Positions 20,901 to 32,730 of a stretch of DNA of 64,000 bases are shown here, piece after piece. A model generated the notes under the pieces. That model worked only from the letters and a program-made list of their open reading frames with translations, was not told the DNA's origin and did no database searches. A program made the position numbers and the translations under genes. The number at the start of each line of letters is the position of its first letter. Position 1 is the stretch's first letter. The DNA lies in the NCBI GenBank assembly GCA_002269645.1, contig NIVC01000795.1, positions 210,870-274,869 of the forward strand. The letters run 5' to 3'. The stretch is from Macrostomum lignano (taxonomy: Eukaryota).

Positions 20901-21597
20901 GCTTTTGTGGCTTGGTATCGTCTGGAAGTGGGCCATTTTCGGAGAGCCTGGTGACGTCACTGCCTACGCATGCCAGTGCATTCTAAGCACGTCATTCCTT
21001 TTCTGCGGATTTCGTTCTGTTGCCTTCCTAAGCTCATGGCAAAAGACGGGGCACGTTATCGTCATGCTGAAGAAGCTAATGATAGGAGACTTGGTACCGT
21101 TCCTTGCGATCAGTGCGATCATTTTTCTATCGTTTGGAGTGTTTTTCTTCAATTTGCTGTTCCCATCAACCACCGCGCAGTCAAGCGAGACGCAGGCCGA
21201 GTTCTACTGGTGGCGAGTCATGCTGCAGGTTTTAACGATGCCGTTCGATCTGCTGTTTACCAACTTTGAACGCATTCAGTTTGACACTCCTAGAAGCGAC
21301 TTGAGTCAGGAAGTCGGATCAGTGGCTAACGCTATCGGTCTGTCTTGGTTCCGCAATCTCACGCTATTTGTTTTCCTCCTGCTGGTGAACATTGTGATGG
21401 TTAACCTGCTGATCGCTCTGTTCAACCTTCGGGTGAGCACGCTTCACAGTAAGGCCATCGGAATCTGGAGACAGGGATATTTTGAGCTGCTTCGCGAGTA
21501 CCAGCAGCGAGCTGCACTGTACTGCTGTTGCATCAACCGAACGTGTTCGCGAGTTGGTCCCGACGGAAAACCAGAGTCGGTGAGTTCGGGCTTGTAA
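17976..21597 (+). CDS. Ankyrin-repeat TRP cation channel with TRPM-like transmembrane region; one frameshift near 18625 (possible pseudogene or assembly error)
   Basis: Many ANK motifs (GDTLAHYAA, ATPLHYAA, NSYLHIAA, GQTVLHIVA, GANCLHFAC); six hydrophobic segments; S6/TRP helix NLLIALFN...IWRQGYFELLREY. ORFs 17922-18638 and 18628-21597 overlap in different frames inside one ANK repeat. Candidate acceptor before 17974 and ATG at 17976. Confidence 0.88.
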
Positions 21598-21608
21598 TTA
21601 CTTGACTT

Positions 21609-21949
21609 CAAGGACTACTTAAGTAGAAGGACGGGAAACCATGAGCTACGTTGACTGAAAATTTTAGGAGGCAGGTTTTTTTTCGAAAAAATACATTACG
21701 GAGGTAGGAGAGATTTTAATTTTTCATTACGAGAATTATTATTGCATTTGATACTCGTAGGAGACAGACCCAACGCTCATCTTTTATTACGTATTGTTTT
21801 TCTTATAGCTCTATTGATATTCATAGAGTTTTTGATTGGAAAATTAGGATTCTATGTTAATTTTATATCCTACGTACAATCGTAGATTTTCCAAATAACT
21901 TTTCCGAGATATGTATAGTTTCCCATCATTCTACTTGGAGTAGTCCTTG
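21609..21949. mobile_element. hAT-type MITE (CAAGGAC family), in paralog 1
   Basis: TIRs CAAGGACTAC...GTAGTCCTTG; perfect 8-bp TSD CTTGACTT; the paralog has the empty site at 26345-26352. Confidence 0.9.
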
Positions 21950-22495
21950 CTTGACTTGGCTGCAGGGGGCTCCGGTCATCCGGATGCAGCGGGGAGGCAT
22001 TGATGCCTATTTGGCCAACAGCCTGGCGACCTCGTGCAGCTAGTGCTTCCCGTTTGAAGAGTGGATGAAACTCGCCTTATAGCCCTAAGATTGCTAATAA
22101 TACGGCGGAAATTCTCGGGTCTGAAAACTTCAGGGACATCCATGTTTGGGCCGAGGTAGTTTAGTTGAGGCGATGCAGTCACAGATGAAGTGCCCCGCAT
22201 CCTCGACGGCGGAGAGGCAAAAGGGAATTCCTCATTGCAGATTTTCCCTGGAAATCGCGATGACTGTCGATGCCAGAGAGGGCGGCTTCTCAGGGGCTGT
22301 TCAAAAATGTAACGGTTATCCTGAGAGTGTAAGGGATATAGACGTTAAACTTTTTCAGGTTTGGGAATGAGCTGAACGAAACGCTAGAAAATGAATTTCA
22401 AGTGCTGATTTGTAATTTGCAATAATTACAGTGTGTTGTGTGGTCGGACCCTAGATCCAAAACGATAGAACACAGTAGAGCATTATCTTTTATAG

Positions 22496-22955
22496 TAAAA
22501 ATCCTCCGCCTGCCAACTCTTTAAAGGAAAAAGACGCTGATCAAGGTGGACCAAAGTACTCCGCGACTTTCCTGCAGTATCTGTATTACCAAGCTCTGCT
22601 GTTGCGTAGGATTCGTCCGAAACTGTCGCGAGAAGTGGAGAAAAATCGAAGTGGCTTCGAGCAGCTGAAAGCGCATTGCGAGAATAACCTGGCAAGAGTG
22701 CATGCTGAGATTAGCGAGGATCTGACTTACTTAAAACGCAGAATAAAGGAAGTCGAGCACGCCCAGAATCTGCCTGAACGCGACCGAAACAAAGCGAGGC
22801 AGTTTGAAAAATATCCGAGACCTACTGACCGATCCCAGAGCCAGCAGAGGACTGCAGCTGGATCTGCAGAACGGCAGCCGAGCCAGCAGAGTGTAGGAGG
22901 AGCGAGACCAGAACACCGACCACCGGAAAATGGCAGGCCACTGTGGGTAAACTAG
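22496..22955 (+). CDS. Putative terminal exon of the TRP gene (C-terminal coiled coil), copy 1
   Basis: Acceptor CATTATCTTTTATAG, then an open frame KNPPPANS...FLQYLYYQALLLRRIRPKL...LTYLKRRIKEVE. A donor-like GTGAGT lies at 21580. Phases require an unresolved intermediate exon. Confidence 0.5.
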
Positions 22956-25949
22956 CAATGTAGCAAGGAAACTATACAGACTTGTATTTCCAAGAAACAA
23001 GCGGTTAAGTCGCAAAATGAATCCCGATTGTGAGTTCACTCAGTTCTTACGCTCTTATGTTATTGATAATTAGCGATGAACAGAATTAGCTGAGATTAGA
23101 TTTCCGGGAAAAGCATTCCAATTAATAATTTTGGCTTCTGGATGAACCGCCAACTTAATAAAATGTCTGCTTCTTAATTGAAGATCTTAATTCCTGATAA
23201 GACTAATTCTATTTGTATGAATCTTAAATATTGACAAAAACTGTTAACAAAGACACTAAAGACAAATTTTATGTATCATCATTAGCACTAGTGGATGCCA
23301 TGATAATCTAGTTACTTTAAACTAAATATGTTTTAAATGCACCTGTCAACCCCAGTCTAATATACTTTCTGTGATACTCTATCGAATATTTCAGATCTAC
23401 AACAATTAGTACTATACTACACTTTTTGTGTTATTAATATTGCATATTTTCCTCTTTCTATAATCGACTTCGATCCTGTCTAATGCAGCATTCAAGATTG
23501 TTAGTTTTTAAAAATACAATAAAATATTGATACATGGAACTTGCTGTGAGTACACAAAAAGCTTGTATGAGTAGCATTCATTTGTCGTAATTTTAATTAT
23601 CACCAATGGCGCGAGTTCTTGAATGGGCGCGGTTGTTGTTGTCATCATAATTTTCACTACCTCCATATCACCATTAATTCAACTTAGGTAAATTTGTTTA
23701 AAAATACAATAATTTTCTATAATCCCATTGATTTTATACTCATTATTGCCAAAACATCAGTGTAAAAAGGGGTCAACTTAGTTCGAAAATCTTCCAACAA
23801 CACTTTTACCTGCTACTTGCTCAATCCCAATAACAACGTCATTTTCTTGTCTAAAAAATTCGAACATACTACTTTTACAGGCAAACTGCTCAATCCTCTG
23901 CATCGAGAATGCAATGTGAATTCTTCAAACCCCATTCCCTTTGCTGGCAAAACCGGATCACCGCAACTTTCAAAGTCCCAGCAGCTCATGGTCCACAGCC
24001 TCTGAAAAAATTACGATAAAAACATTTCTTGTTGTCTCACCAGGCTCCTACTCCGTCCAACTTCACCCAATTGTATAAATGAAAACACCAATACCAGTGC
24101 AAGAAGGAATGCGTTCGGTACATGCAAAGTTCTGGCTCCAGGTAGAAATTGCGCTAAGTGGAGAAATACTTAATCTGTGACGTTCGGGTTTCGGTCATGC
24201 ACAGGTCAGCAAAAATGTCCCTGCTAAGCCCTTGGAGGACAAAGTATAGACGGCAATTTTTTGCCCTTTTAGGTGATTTCTCACAGACACTGTCATTTCA
24301 TCGCCATCGAAATAGTATTTATGCTTGTGATCAAAATCGATCACCCAGCAAACCCAATGAAAATCCGCCGGCCTATCAGCGGTATCAAAGTTCATGATAC
24401 CGCATTCCCTTTCAGAGGGGACTCGGCCTCGGTCCTTGCACAGTTCCTTTCTGCCATAGCGCAGTTTCGTATTGTGCTTTTGCAAGAGTTTTAACAGCGC
24501 CCATGAATTCCATACCAGGATCAGAGATGCGATTTTTTCTGGTTAGGTGGGGATCACAGATACTAGGATAACTAGATGGGCCACTTAGGCATATATACTT
24601 AGCAAAACAACTTTCTACTTTCAGTTCAGTAGCAATGAAGATTATATATGGTATTTTATAGGAATAAAGGCAGCTGAGATGACTTTGATAAGTTTAGAAG
24701 CCCAAGCTTATAGACGTAAGCAGCTTGCTAATTGGTTCAGCCATAATTTTCGTAAAGTGCTTTCAGTTTCTCGTCTGACATTTTAAGTAAATAAGTATAT
24801 TATATTTTAATAGTAAACAGTTTATAGAAAATTCACTGTCCGACCCTGTGTACTGGACATTGTGTACTAGAAAAGCTGACGCATCCAAGCAAAGGTTTGA
24901 CAACCCAAGGTTGTAAGTAGTTTGGGGGCCACTGAACCCCTCAAAATAGTTTGATGAAAATAATAACCGAGGGAAGAGGGCTGACTGGCTTATGCCTTCA
25001 CTAAAAAGCCTAGGGATTAGGCCAGAAAAATCGATACAATCTCTGCAGTCAGAGAGCAAACTGGGTGAATAGGAGCTTATATCTCTCTCTTGTTCTCGCT
25101 GAGGTAGTACCTCAAAGAGAATTTTTCCAAAAACCCCCTTCAGAAAAAACTACTTAATAGGCTTTTTTTCTGCTATCTTCTACTTACGAGATAGAAATGC
25201 TTTCAAAAACACTGGCCTCTACAGGCCCTATTGTGACTTAGAGGTTCGCATCTCAAACTCGCAGTTCCGAATATTATTCAAGGCAGTGTATATTTCTTAG
25301 TCAACGAGAACGCTTAGACGCAATGCCAAGCAATGAATGGTTGAGCAGTGAAGGGTTAGCCCTCAAGCAGTTTCTCTTTGTGCCCTGGTTAGGCAACCAT
25401 CAACCCCCTCTCCAAAGCATTGCTGCCAGTCCTCTGTGTCAGGCGTTCGCATCCTGCCGGCTTGGCCCTCAAACCTGAGTTCCCTTTGGGCGTTGAGATC
25501 GGCTAGTCTAGAGTTCGTCTGTTTGGTAGCCGTGGTCGAGACGCGTTAGGTTAGTTCTTTTTTCCACTCCGATGCAAATGCTTTTGTTGTGCTTACAAGA
25601 GGAAAAGGTTTTCTGCTACCAAGCCACAGTGCGCCAGGCAGGTGCTCTGTTTCTATGATTTATAAAGAGACAAAATTGTGCACGTGCACCCGCGCCTCCG
25701 AGGATGAAGGTTTCATTTTTGAGTTGTACCGACGGAGAGTACCGCTTGATCTGATCACTGCAAGCTTTCTGCATTCTGCTGCACAAACTCGGTTATTGAA
25801 AGCCAGGTAGCTCGTAATTCATATTCCCAATTCATTACTTTGAATGCATGACTTCCAGCCCCATTCTCCGTTCTAATCTAGATTGGCTGAATCTCATCGC
25901 ACAAAATCCTATCTCTACAAATCTAATCTTAGCCATGACTTAGCCATGA

Positions 25950-26377
25950 CAAACAGTATTGCACATCGTTGCTGGCGGTGACAAGAAACTCTTGGAAGCA
26001 CTGCGAGAAAAGTTGACAACCCTTAAATTAGAAAAACTCATTGCCGATCGCGATGGCAGAGGCAGAAACGCTATCGGTCTGTCTTGGTTCCGCAATCTCA
26101 CGCTATTTGTTTTCCTCCTGCTGGTAAACATTGTGATGGTTAACCTGCTGATCGCTCTGTTCAGCCTTCGGGTGAGCTCGATTCACAGTAAGGCCATCGG
26201 AATCTGGAGACAGGGATATTTTGAGCTGCTTCGCGAGTACCAGCGGCGAGCTGCACTGTACCGGTACTGCTGTTGCATCAACCGAAAATGTTCGCGAGTT
26301 GGTCCTGACAGAAAACCAGAGTCTGTGAGTTCGGCTTTTACTTACTTGACTTGGCTGCGGAGGGCCCGGGCATCCGG
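25950..26377 (+). pseudogene. Internally deleted TRP-channel pseudogene (ANK fragment fused to S6/TRP helix)
   Basis: Corresponds to copy-1 19108-19226 joined to 21330 onward (2103-bp deletion); the N-terminal ~1.1 kb of coding sequence is also missing; no in-frame ATG. Confidence 0.9.
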
Positions 26378-26915
26378 CAAGGACTTCTAGACTAACAGGA
26401 CGTAAAACTCAAAGATCGTGCAATTTTTTGGAGGCTACGATTTCCTGGAAAGATAGGAAAAAATCAGTTTTTCGTCACAAAATCAGTAATTGTATTTGAT
26501 CTGGGGCAGTGAAGACTACCATTCTTTTAATTTAACATGCACAACCTGTTACTCTATTATATTTTCATATAGCTGTGTAGTGAAGTTTTAATTTTCAAAT
26601 TGTTTTCACTTTATTTCATAAGCCCAAAGTTGCAAATACTAACAAGTGGCATTAGCCAAACTTTTTGTGTTGTTCTTTTTTTAAATAAAGTATAGTTGTA
26701 ATAAAAACATAGCATGTAGGTACTGTTAGTCTTAAGCTATTTTTTTTCTAAACTGATTTTTAGGTTAGGATTAGTTTAGTTTAGTTTAGTTTAGTTTTAT
26801 TTTATCAGAAAACGGATTTTTCCTATCTTCGCAGTGTATTTTTTCCAGGAAATCGTGGCCTCCATAAAATTGCACGATGTTTGAGTTTTACGTCCTGTAA
26901 GTCTAGAAGTCCTGG
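26378..26915. mobile_element. hAT-type MITE (CAAGGAC family), in paralog 2
   Basis: About 70-bp TIRs (CAAGGACTTCTAGACT...AGTCTAGAAGTCCTGG); 8-bp TSD GCATCCGG; empty site in paralog 1 near 21976-21983. Confidence 0.9.
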
Positions 26916-27504
26916 GCATCCGGATGCAGCGGGAAGGCGTTGACGCCCGTTGGGCCAGCGACTTGGCCACCTCGAGCAGCTAGTGCTTCCCCTTTGAAGA
27001 GTGGATGATCCGCGCCTTATAGCATCTAGGTGGGGGATGATGTGGCGGAAATTCTCGGGTCTAAAAACTTCGGTAACATCGATGTTTGGGGCAAGATTGC
27101 TCGTAGGTGTGTAAAGGCGATGCAGTCACAGATAAAGTGTTCCGCATTCTCAACGCTGGAGAAGCAAAAGGGCATTCCTCACTGCGGATTTTCCCTGAAA
27201 GTATTAATGCCTGGCGATGTCGCCATGGGCTGAGATTGAGAGGGCGTCCAAGAGGTGGAGTCTAAGCAAAACCTTACGAAGGGTAAAAGCTTGGCTTCTC
27301 ACGGGCTGTTCAAAAATGTAACTTTTGTCCTGGGAGTGGAAGGGGTATGGATGTTAAACTTGTACTGGATTGGGAATAAGCTGAACGAAACGCTAGAAAA
27401 TGAATTTCAAGTGCTGATTTGTAATTTGCAATAATTACAGTGTGTTGTGTGGTCGGACCCTAGATCCAAAACGCTAGAACACAGTAGAGCATTATCTTTT
27501 ATAG

Positions 27505-28453
27505 TAAAAATCCTCCGCCTGCCAACTCTTTAAAGGAAAAAGACGCTGATCAAGGTGGACCAAAGTACTCCGCGACTTTCCTGCAGTATCTGTATCACCA
27601 AGCTCTGCTGTTGCGTAGGATTCGTCCGAAACTGTCGCGAGAAGTGGAGAAAAATCGAAGTGACTTCGAGCAGCTGAAAGCGCACTCCGAGAATAGCCTG
27701 GCAAGAGTGCATGCTGAGATTAGCGAGGATCTGACCTACTTAAAACGCAGGCTAAATGAAGTCGAACACGCTCAGAATCTGCCCGAACGCGAACAAAACA
27801 AAGCGAGGCAGGTTGAAGAACATTCGAAACCCGCTGACCGATCCCAGAGCCTGCAGAAGGCTGCAGCTGGATCTGCAGAACGGCAGCTGGGCCAGCATAG
27901 GACTGCAGCTGGATCTGCAGAACGACAACCGAGCCAGCAGAGGGCTGCAACTGGATCTGCAGAACGGCAACCGAGCCAGCAGAGGGCTGCAGCTGGATCT
28001 GCAGAACGACAACCGAGCCAGCAGAGGGCTGCAGCTGGATCTGCAGAACGACAACCGAGCCAGCAGAGGGCCGCAGCTGGATCTGCAGAACGACAACCGA
28101 GCCAGCAGAGGGCTGCAGCTGGATCTGCAGAACGACAACCGAGCCAGCAGAGGGCTGCAGCTGGATCTGCAGAACGACAACCGAGCCAGCAGAGGGCTGC
28201 AGCTGGATCTGCAGAACGACAACCGAGCCAGCAGAGGGCCGCAGCTGGATCTGCAGAACGACAACCGAGCCAGCAGAGGGCTGCAGCTGGATCTGCAGAA
28301 CGACAACCGAGCCAGCAGAGGGCTGCAACTGGATCTGCAGAACGGCAACCGAGCCAGCAGAGGGCAGGAGAGGCGAGGCGCGATCGTCGACTACCGAGGA
28401 ATTCGCAGGGGACTGTTGGTAGTCTAGCCAAGCGTAAACAAATTTCTGCCTGA
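27505..28453 (+). pseudogene. Paralogous terminal exon (copy 2) with expanded 14-aa repeat
   Basis: Homologous to 22496-22955; frame remains open; belongs to the deleted copy. Confidence 0.55.
27860..28363 (+). repeat. 42-bp tandem repeat x12 (AAAGSAERQPSQQR)
   Basis: Twelve units visible; the paralog has a single unit at ~22850-22890. Confidence 0.95.
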
Positions 28454-28783
28454 GAAAATTACGGAATCGTATTTCTAAGAAACAAGTGTTTAAGTTGCAG
28501 AATGAATTTCGATTGTGAGTTCACAATCTGTTCAGTTCATTTCTTAGATGATTGAGAATTAGCGATTAACAGAATCAGTTTGTATAAAATTTCATGGGAA
28601 AGACTCCACGAATGTTTCGAAATTATTTAATCATCTAACGGGAAAGGACATATACGCACTGACGATAAACAATTTTAAAATTTTTCAGCATGCTTTAAAA
28701 CAAATCTTATTCCAGTTTTCCAATTATGCGCGCTACTTTTGTCTTCTGGTTTAAAAGTCGACAAATTATTTTTTTGCTTCTTA

Positions 28784-30143
28784 CTCCGGCTGTCCGGAAA
28801 GTCGTGAGAATGTATTTAAAAAATCAGTCAGAACTATCAAAAAACACGATAACAGCACTAGTTGGTAATGTAATCTCCCCTTGCGTTGATTACAGCTTGG
28901 CAATGGTCAACGAGTCGCTGAACCTCTCTTTTCAAGCAATCTTCGTCAAGGCCTCTTGCCCATTGCAACGCAGCTTCTCGAACTTCATTATGGTCGCTGA
29001 ACACTCGCCTGGAGAAATCATTCTTCATCCAACTGAACAAAAAACGGTCGCACAAATTGAAGTCTGGGCTGTAAGGACTCTGAAACACCAGCTGAACTCC
29101 ACGGGACTCCATGTACTGCTGCACAGAACGAGCCACGTGAGGTCGCGCATTGTCCCACTGCCAAAGAACACCCGACAGGTGAATTGGCCTTGACCTCAGA
29201 GTACGCCATAGGTCTCCGGTGTGCCGAATGAACTTAACTATGCCATTTGCATCAACAGTTTGCTTTGGGGCTGTGGATTCAATGGAGAAGCGCTTGTTTG
29301 GAGTAAAAGCAACCAGAAGCATTGTCTTTGCATTGCCGACCGAGTGCCTGACAACCTGGGGCCGATGATCCCCTTGGCCAAGCCAGCACCTATTGTTTTG
29401 CTTTGTGCCAGTGTTGTTCAGGTACACCCATGTCTCATCTTCCACCACGTACTTGTCGCAAAAGTTTTCCACCCCCTTGTTGTAAAAAAGCCTGCGAATT
29501 TGCTTGGCACAATTGATGCGAGCAGTCTTGTTCTCCTCGGATAGAGCATGCGGAACCCAGACAGCAGAAACGTTTCGAAGGTGCAAATCCTCAGTAAAAA
29601 TTTCGTGCACTGTTGTTTTTCAAACTTCCAAAAAGTCAGCGAGGTCTCGGACACAACTTTTGGATCCTCTTCAACGAGAGCTCGGCAGGTTTCGATCAGT
29701 TCCGCTATCCTTGTTGACCGTGGCCGGCCAGTCCGAGGAGCTGAGACCGGGGGAAATGCTTCGTCACGGAACTTCGAATACCATCTGTAAACCGTTGACC
29801 GACCTGGTGCAGCATCTCCATAAACTTTGAGCAGCTCGTCATGGCAGCTGAGAGCGCAGATTCCAAGACGGTATCTAGCATAGGCATAACCCTGGACAGC
29901 TGGAAGTCTTCCATTTTGAAGAACTTGCTGTCAAAATTTTCAAACTTGATCACCGCGTTGCATTTGCTATTGAGCACTTTATACTGAGCTCGCCCCTGCC
30001 CCCCAATTTTGCTACTAGAATAACAAGAATTTTCACCATAGACATATATAAGTCTATTATTGAAAATTTCTGTGTGCCACGTCAACAGCTTGCTGCTTTC
30101 TTGCTTAATTGACACATTCTCACGACTTTCCGGACAGGCGAAG
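28784..30143 (-). mobile_element. Mariner (DD34D) transposon, 1360 bp
   Basis: 30-bp TIRs (28784-28813 and 30114-30143, 28/30 identical), TA TSD, empty TA site in paralog 1 at 23175-23176. Confidence 0.95.
28858..29914 (-). pseudogene. Mariner transposase, inactivated
   Basis: WVPH, DETW, WDNARPH and YSPDFNLCD (34 residues between the last two Asp); HTH VYGDAAPGRSTVYRWYSKF. Two frameshifts (~29895 and ~29655) and an in-frame TGA (~29625). Confidence 0.92.
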
Positions 30144-31116
30144 TAATTAAAGACATTTATCCGGATTCTATTTATATATGAATCTGTAATATTGATAAAA
30201 ACAATTGAAAAGGCTAATAATAAGGCTATTTAAGTATTTTTAAATATTAGCCAATACTCTTAAAGACAAACTAGATGTATCGCTAATGGATGCCGTGTTA
30301 GTCTGATAAAAAGTTATATATATTTTAACTGTCTAAAACATGCACCTGTCACTCTATTCTAATACTTTCTGTGATACTCCATCGAATATTTCAGCTCTAA
30401 AATAATTACTAGTACACTAAACTTTTCGTGCTATTTATACTGCATATTTTCCTCTATTTATATTAGAGTTCCTAACCAATACAGAATTCAAACACGTTGA
30501 CATTTTTTTTATTAGAGGCAGGGGGGTTGTGTGCACCCTGGCGCACTTTAAGCGACATAGGCACACAACCGGCGAGAGGCATTACTGCCCATTCCGCCGA
30601 CTCCCCTGAGCAGGCACGCAAGCGCGCGGATACGTACGCAGGCACACACTCACACAGGAGTGTACAGCGGCCCAAACTTTATTTTATCGTTAGGCATGTA
30701 CACTTCACTGCGCCTTGGGGGGTTGGCTCTCAAGGCCGTTAATTGCACGAGCAGAGCCAAGCCGAAATTCCAATTCAGCTCCAAATTAATGTGGCTGCAC
30801 TTGGAATCGAGCCTGGGCCACTGGCACACCAGAGCCTGCTCTAGACCGCTGGGCTACGGCCCCCTACCGGTAGACATTAGTTGCATTTACTTGTGCAGTT
30901 ATAAAAATATTGATTATTAGCTTCCAAGTCCGTCGCTTGTATTTCTGAAAAAAAATTCTACACGTTCATAGCTTGGTCGAGAGATGGCGACTTGTTGGTC
31001 TGTTCTGCTACTGAGATACAGGTCGTACAAATACGTTGGGTTGGAGAGATGTTTGTTGCTCTTTGCAACATTTTATACCAATAACATGTTTTTCAAGAGT
31101 ACTGCGTCCGTGACAC

Positions 31117-32515
31117 TCAGGCTTCGCTTGAGCTCAGCGCCGACTGTAGCATGTTCACCAGGTCCTGAACTGTGGACCTGGAGATCGGCTTCACTCCAGA
31201 GTCATTGTTGCCGTTGGCGCTCACGCCGCCGCCGCCGCCGCCGCCGCTTGACCTTCTGCGGGACAATTTCTTTTTATGATCGCCGGAAGTTCCGCTGTTT
31301 TGCAGCTGCTTTGCCGGTGCCTGCGCCATCGTTGGCTCCGACTTGTCGCTGTCCTTGCGCTTCCCTTGGTCGGGTCGGCGCCGCTTCACCAGAATCTTTG
31401 TGGCGCGAACTGCGTGAATTGAAGTTTCGGCCTGGACTGCGTGAGCTCACCGCTACTCCCGGTCTTCAACAATGATAGATCTTAGCTTCCAACCAATTGT
31501 TTTCTACAATTCTTGCTACTTACTGGAAAGCAAAAAATTGTCCCTTACCCATCTTCGGCTTCTTCGAGGCGGCGCTGACTGTCGTGGCCTGAGTTGTTGC
31601 CGTCTGCGTTGCATGCTGAGCAGCCGTCTGAGGCGCCTCCGCTGGCTCTGACCGACTCTGACGGCTGCGCGAGTTTGAGTCCGCGGCGCCGCCACCGCCT
31701 CCTGCGCCGGATGTCCGTCTGGCTCGACTTCGAATACGACGCGCACCCGCCGAATCGCCTGACGTCGACGCCACTTCGACTCGCTTGTCGGTGGCGGCAG
31801 CGGCGGGTTCACCAGGCGCAGCTGACGATCCCGACGATCGAATCCGCTTTGTTCTGACGACTTTGCGCACAACGCGCCGACGCTTCGAGCGTTGCGCATT
31901 GGGATCGGCCGGACCGGCAGCCGACGCGGCAGAATTGTGATGCGCGCTGCGTACCGGCAGAGGCTGCTGCTGCTGCAGCAAAGATGCCTGGCCCGATGAC
32001 GTAACTGCCGATGCCGAGGTCGAAGAGGCATCAACGGAAACTGCCAGCGACTGAGCGGAGCGGACAGTTGCAAAACTGAGTCGCTGGCGGCAGGACTGGC
32101 AATGCGACAAGCGAGTGATGAGAGCTTTGATTTCCTCCAGGCCAGCCACAGCTTGTGCCATTAGGTCTTGGTCGCAGTCATTGTCGCTGCTGTTCTTGAC
32201 TACTTGTTGCGTCGAGAGCAATGGTTGTTGCTGCGGCTCCTCCCGCGGCTTCTGCTGCTGCTGCTGCATGTCCTGCTGCGGCTGCTTCGCCTGTGCAGCG
32301 GGCAGCGCAGAGTTCTTATTTTCAATTGGCGTGGCGTCCAAGCTGGCCTGATCGTCCGAGCCCTCGTCCGTCGTGGTGTCGTAGATGCAGATCACCCGCT
32401 TGTTCTTGCCGTCCTTCAGGCGGCCAACTTTCGGTTGCAGGACGGCTGCGCCGGGCTTGGCGGCAGAGGCGCCGCCAGCCGCCGACTGGCCCGCGTTGTT
32501 GTTTTCGTCCATCAT
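31117..32515 (-). CDS. Hypothetical low-complexity (Q/S/A/R-rich) protein, exons 32515-31549 and 31409-31117
   Basis: 331-aa GC-rich ORF with a G|GTAAG donor at 31548; CACGCAG acceptor before 31409; phase 1 joins into the 31117-31389 ORF. No recognisable domain. Confidence 0.6.
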
Positions 32516-32730
32516 CGCCTGAGGCTGGACAGAATGAGCTGTTTGAAAGTGAGCTGCTGCGCTGGATCGGCTTGGCTTAGCTATGAGTGCTGCCTTTCCT
32601 AGAGAGCTTGAAGCTGCGTTTCGGCGGCTGTTTTGTCTGTGGCCCGGAGCCCACGAAGTCTAGCGTAGCTAGGCTGCTATTTTAGCGCACTCTTATCAAA
32701 TTAGTTTTACTAAAGACTAATAAGACTACT

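Larger units (their letters stand above)
25320..30465 (+). repeat. Tandem segmental duplicate of ~16100-23465 (TRP locus copy 2)
   Basis: Colinear homology: 16380-16660/25610-25870, 19108-19226/25950-26068, 21330-21608/26069-26352, 21958-22960/26353-28450, 23000-23465/28470-30465. Left boundary approximate. Confidence 0.9.

Noticed and set aside
27720-28431. Multiple overlapping 200-aa ORFs on both strands
   Set aside because: The 42-bp unit lacks stops in most frames; only the frame shared with copy 1 is supported.
29705-30115. 136-aa ORF at the mariner 5' end
   Set aside because: Only a few codons from ATG 29914 are in the transposase frame; the rest is UTR or out of frame.
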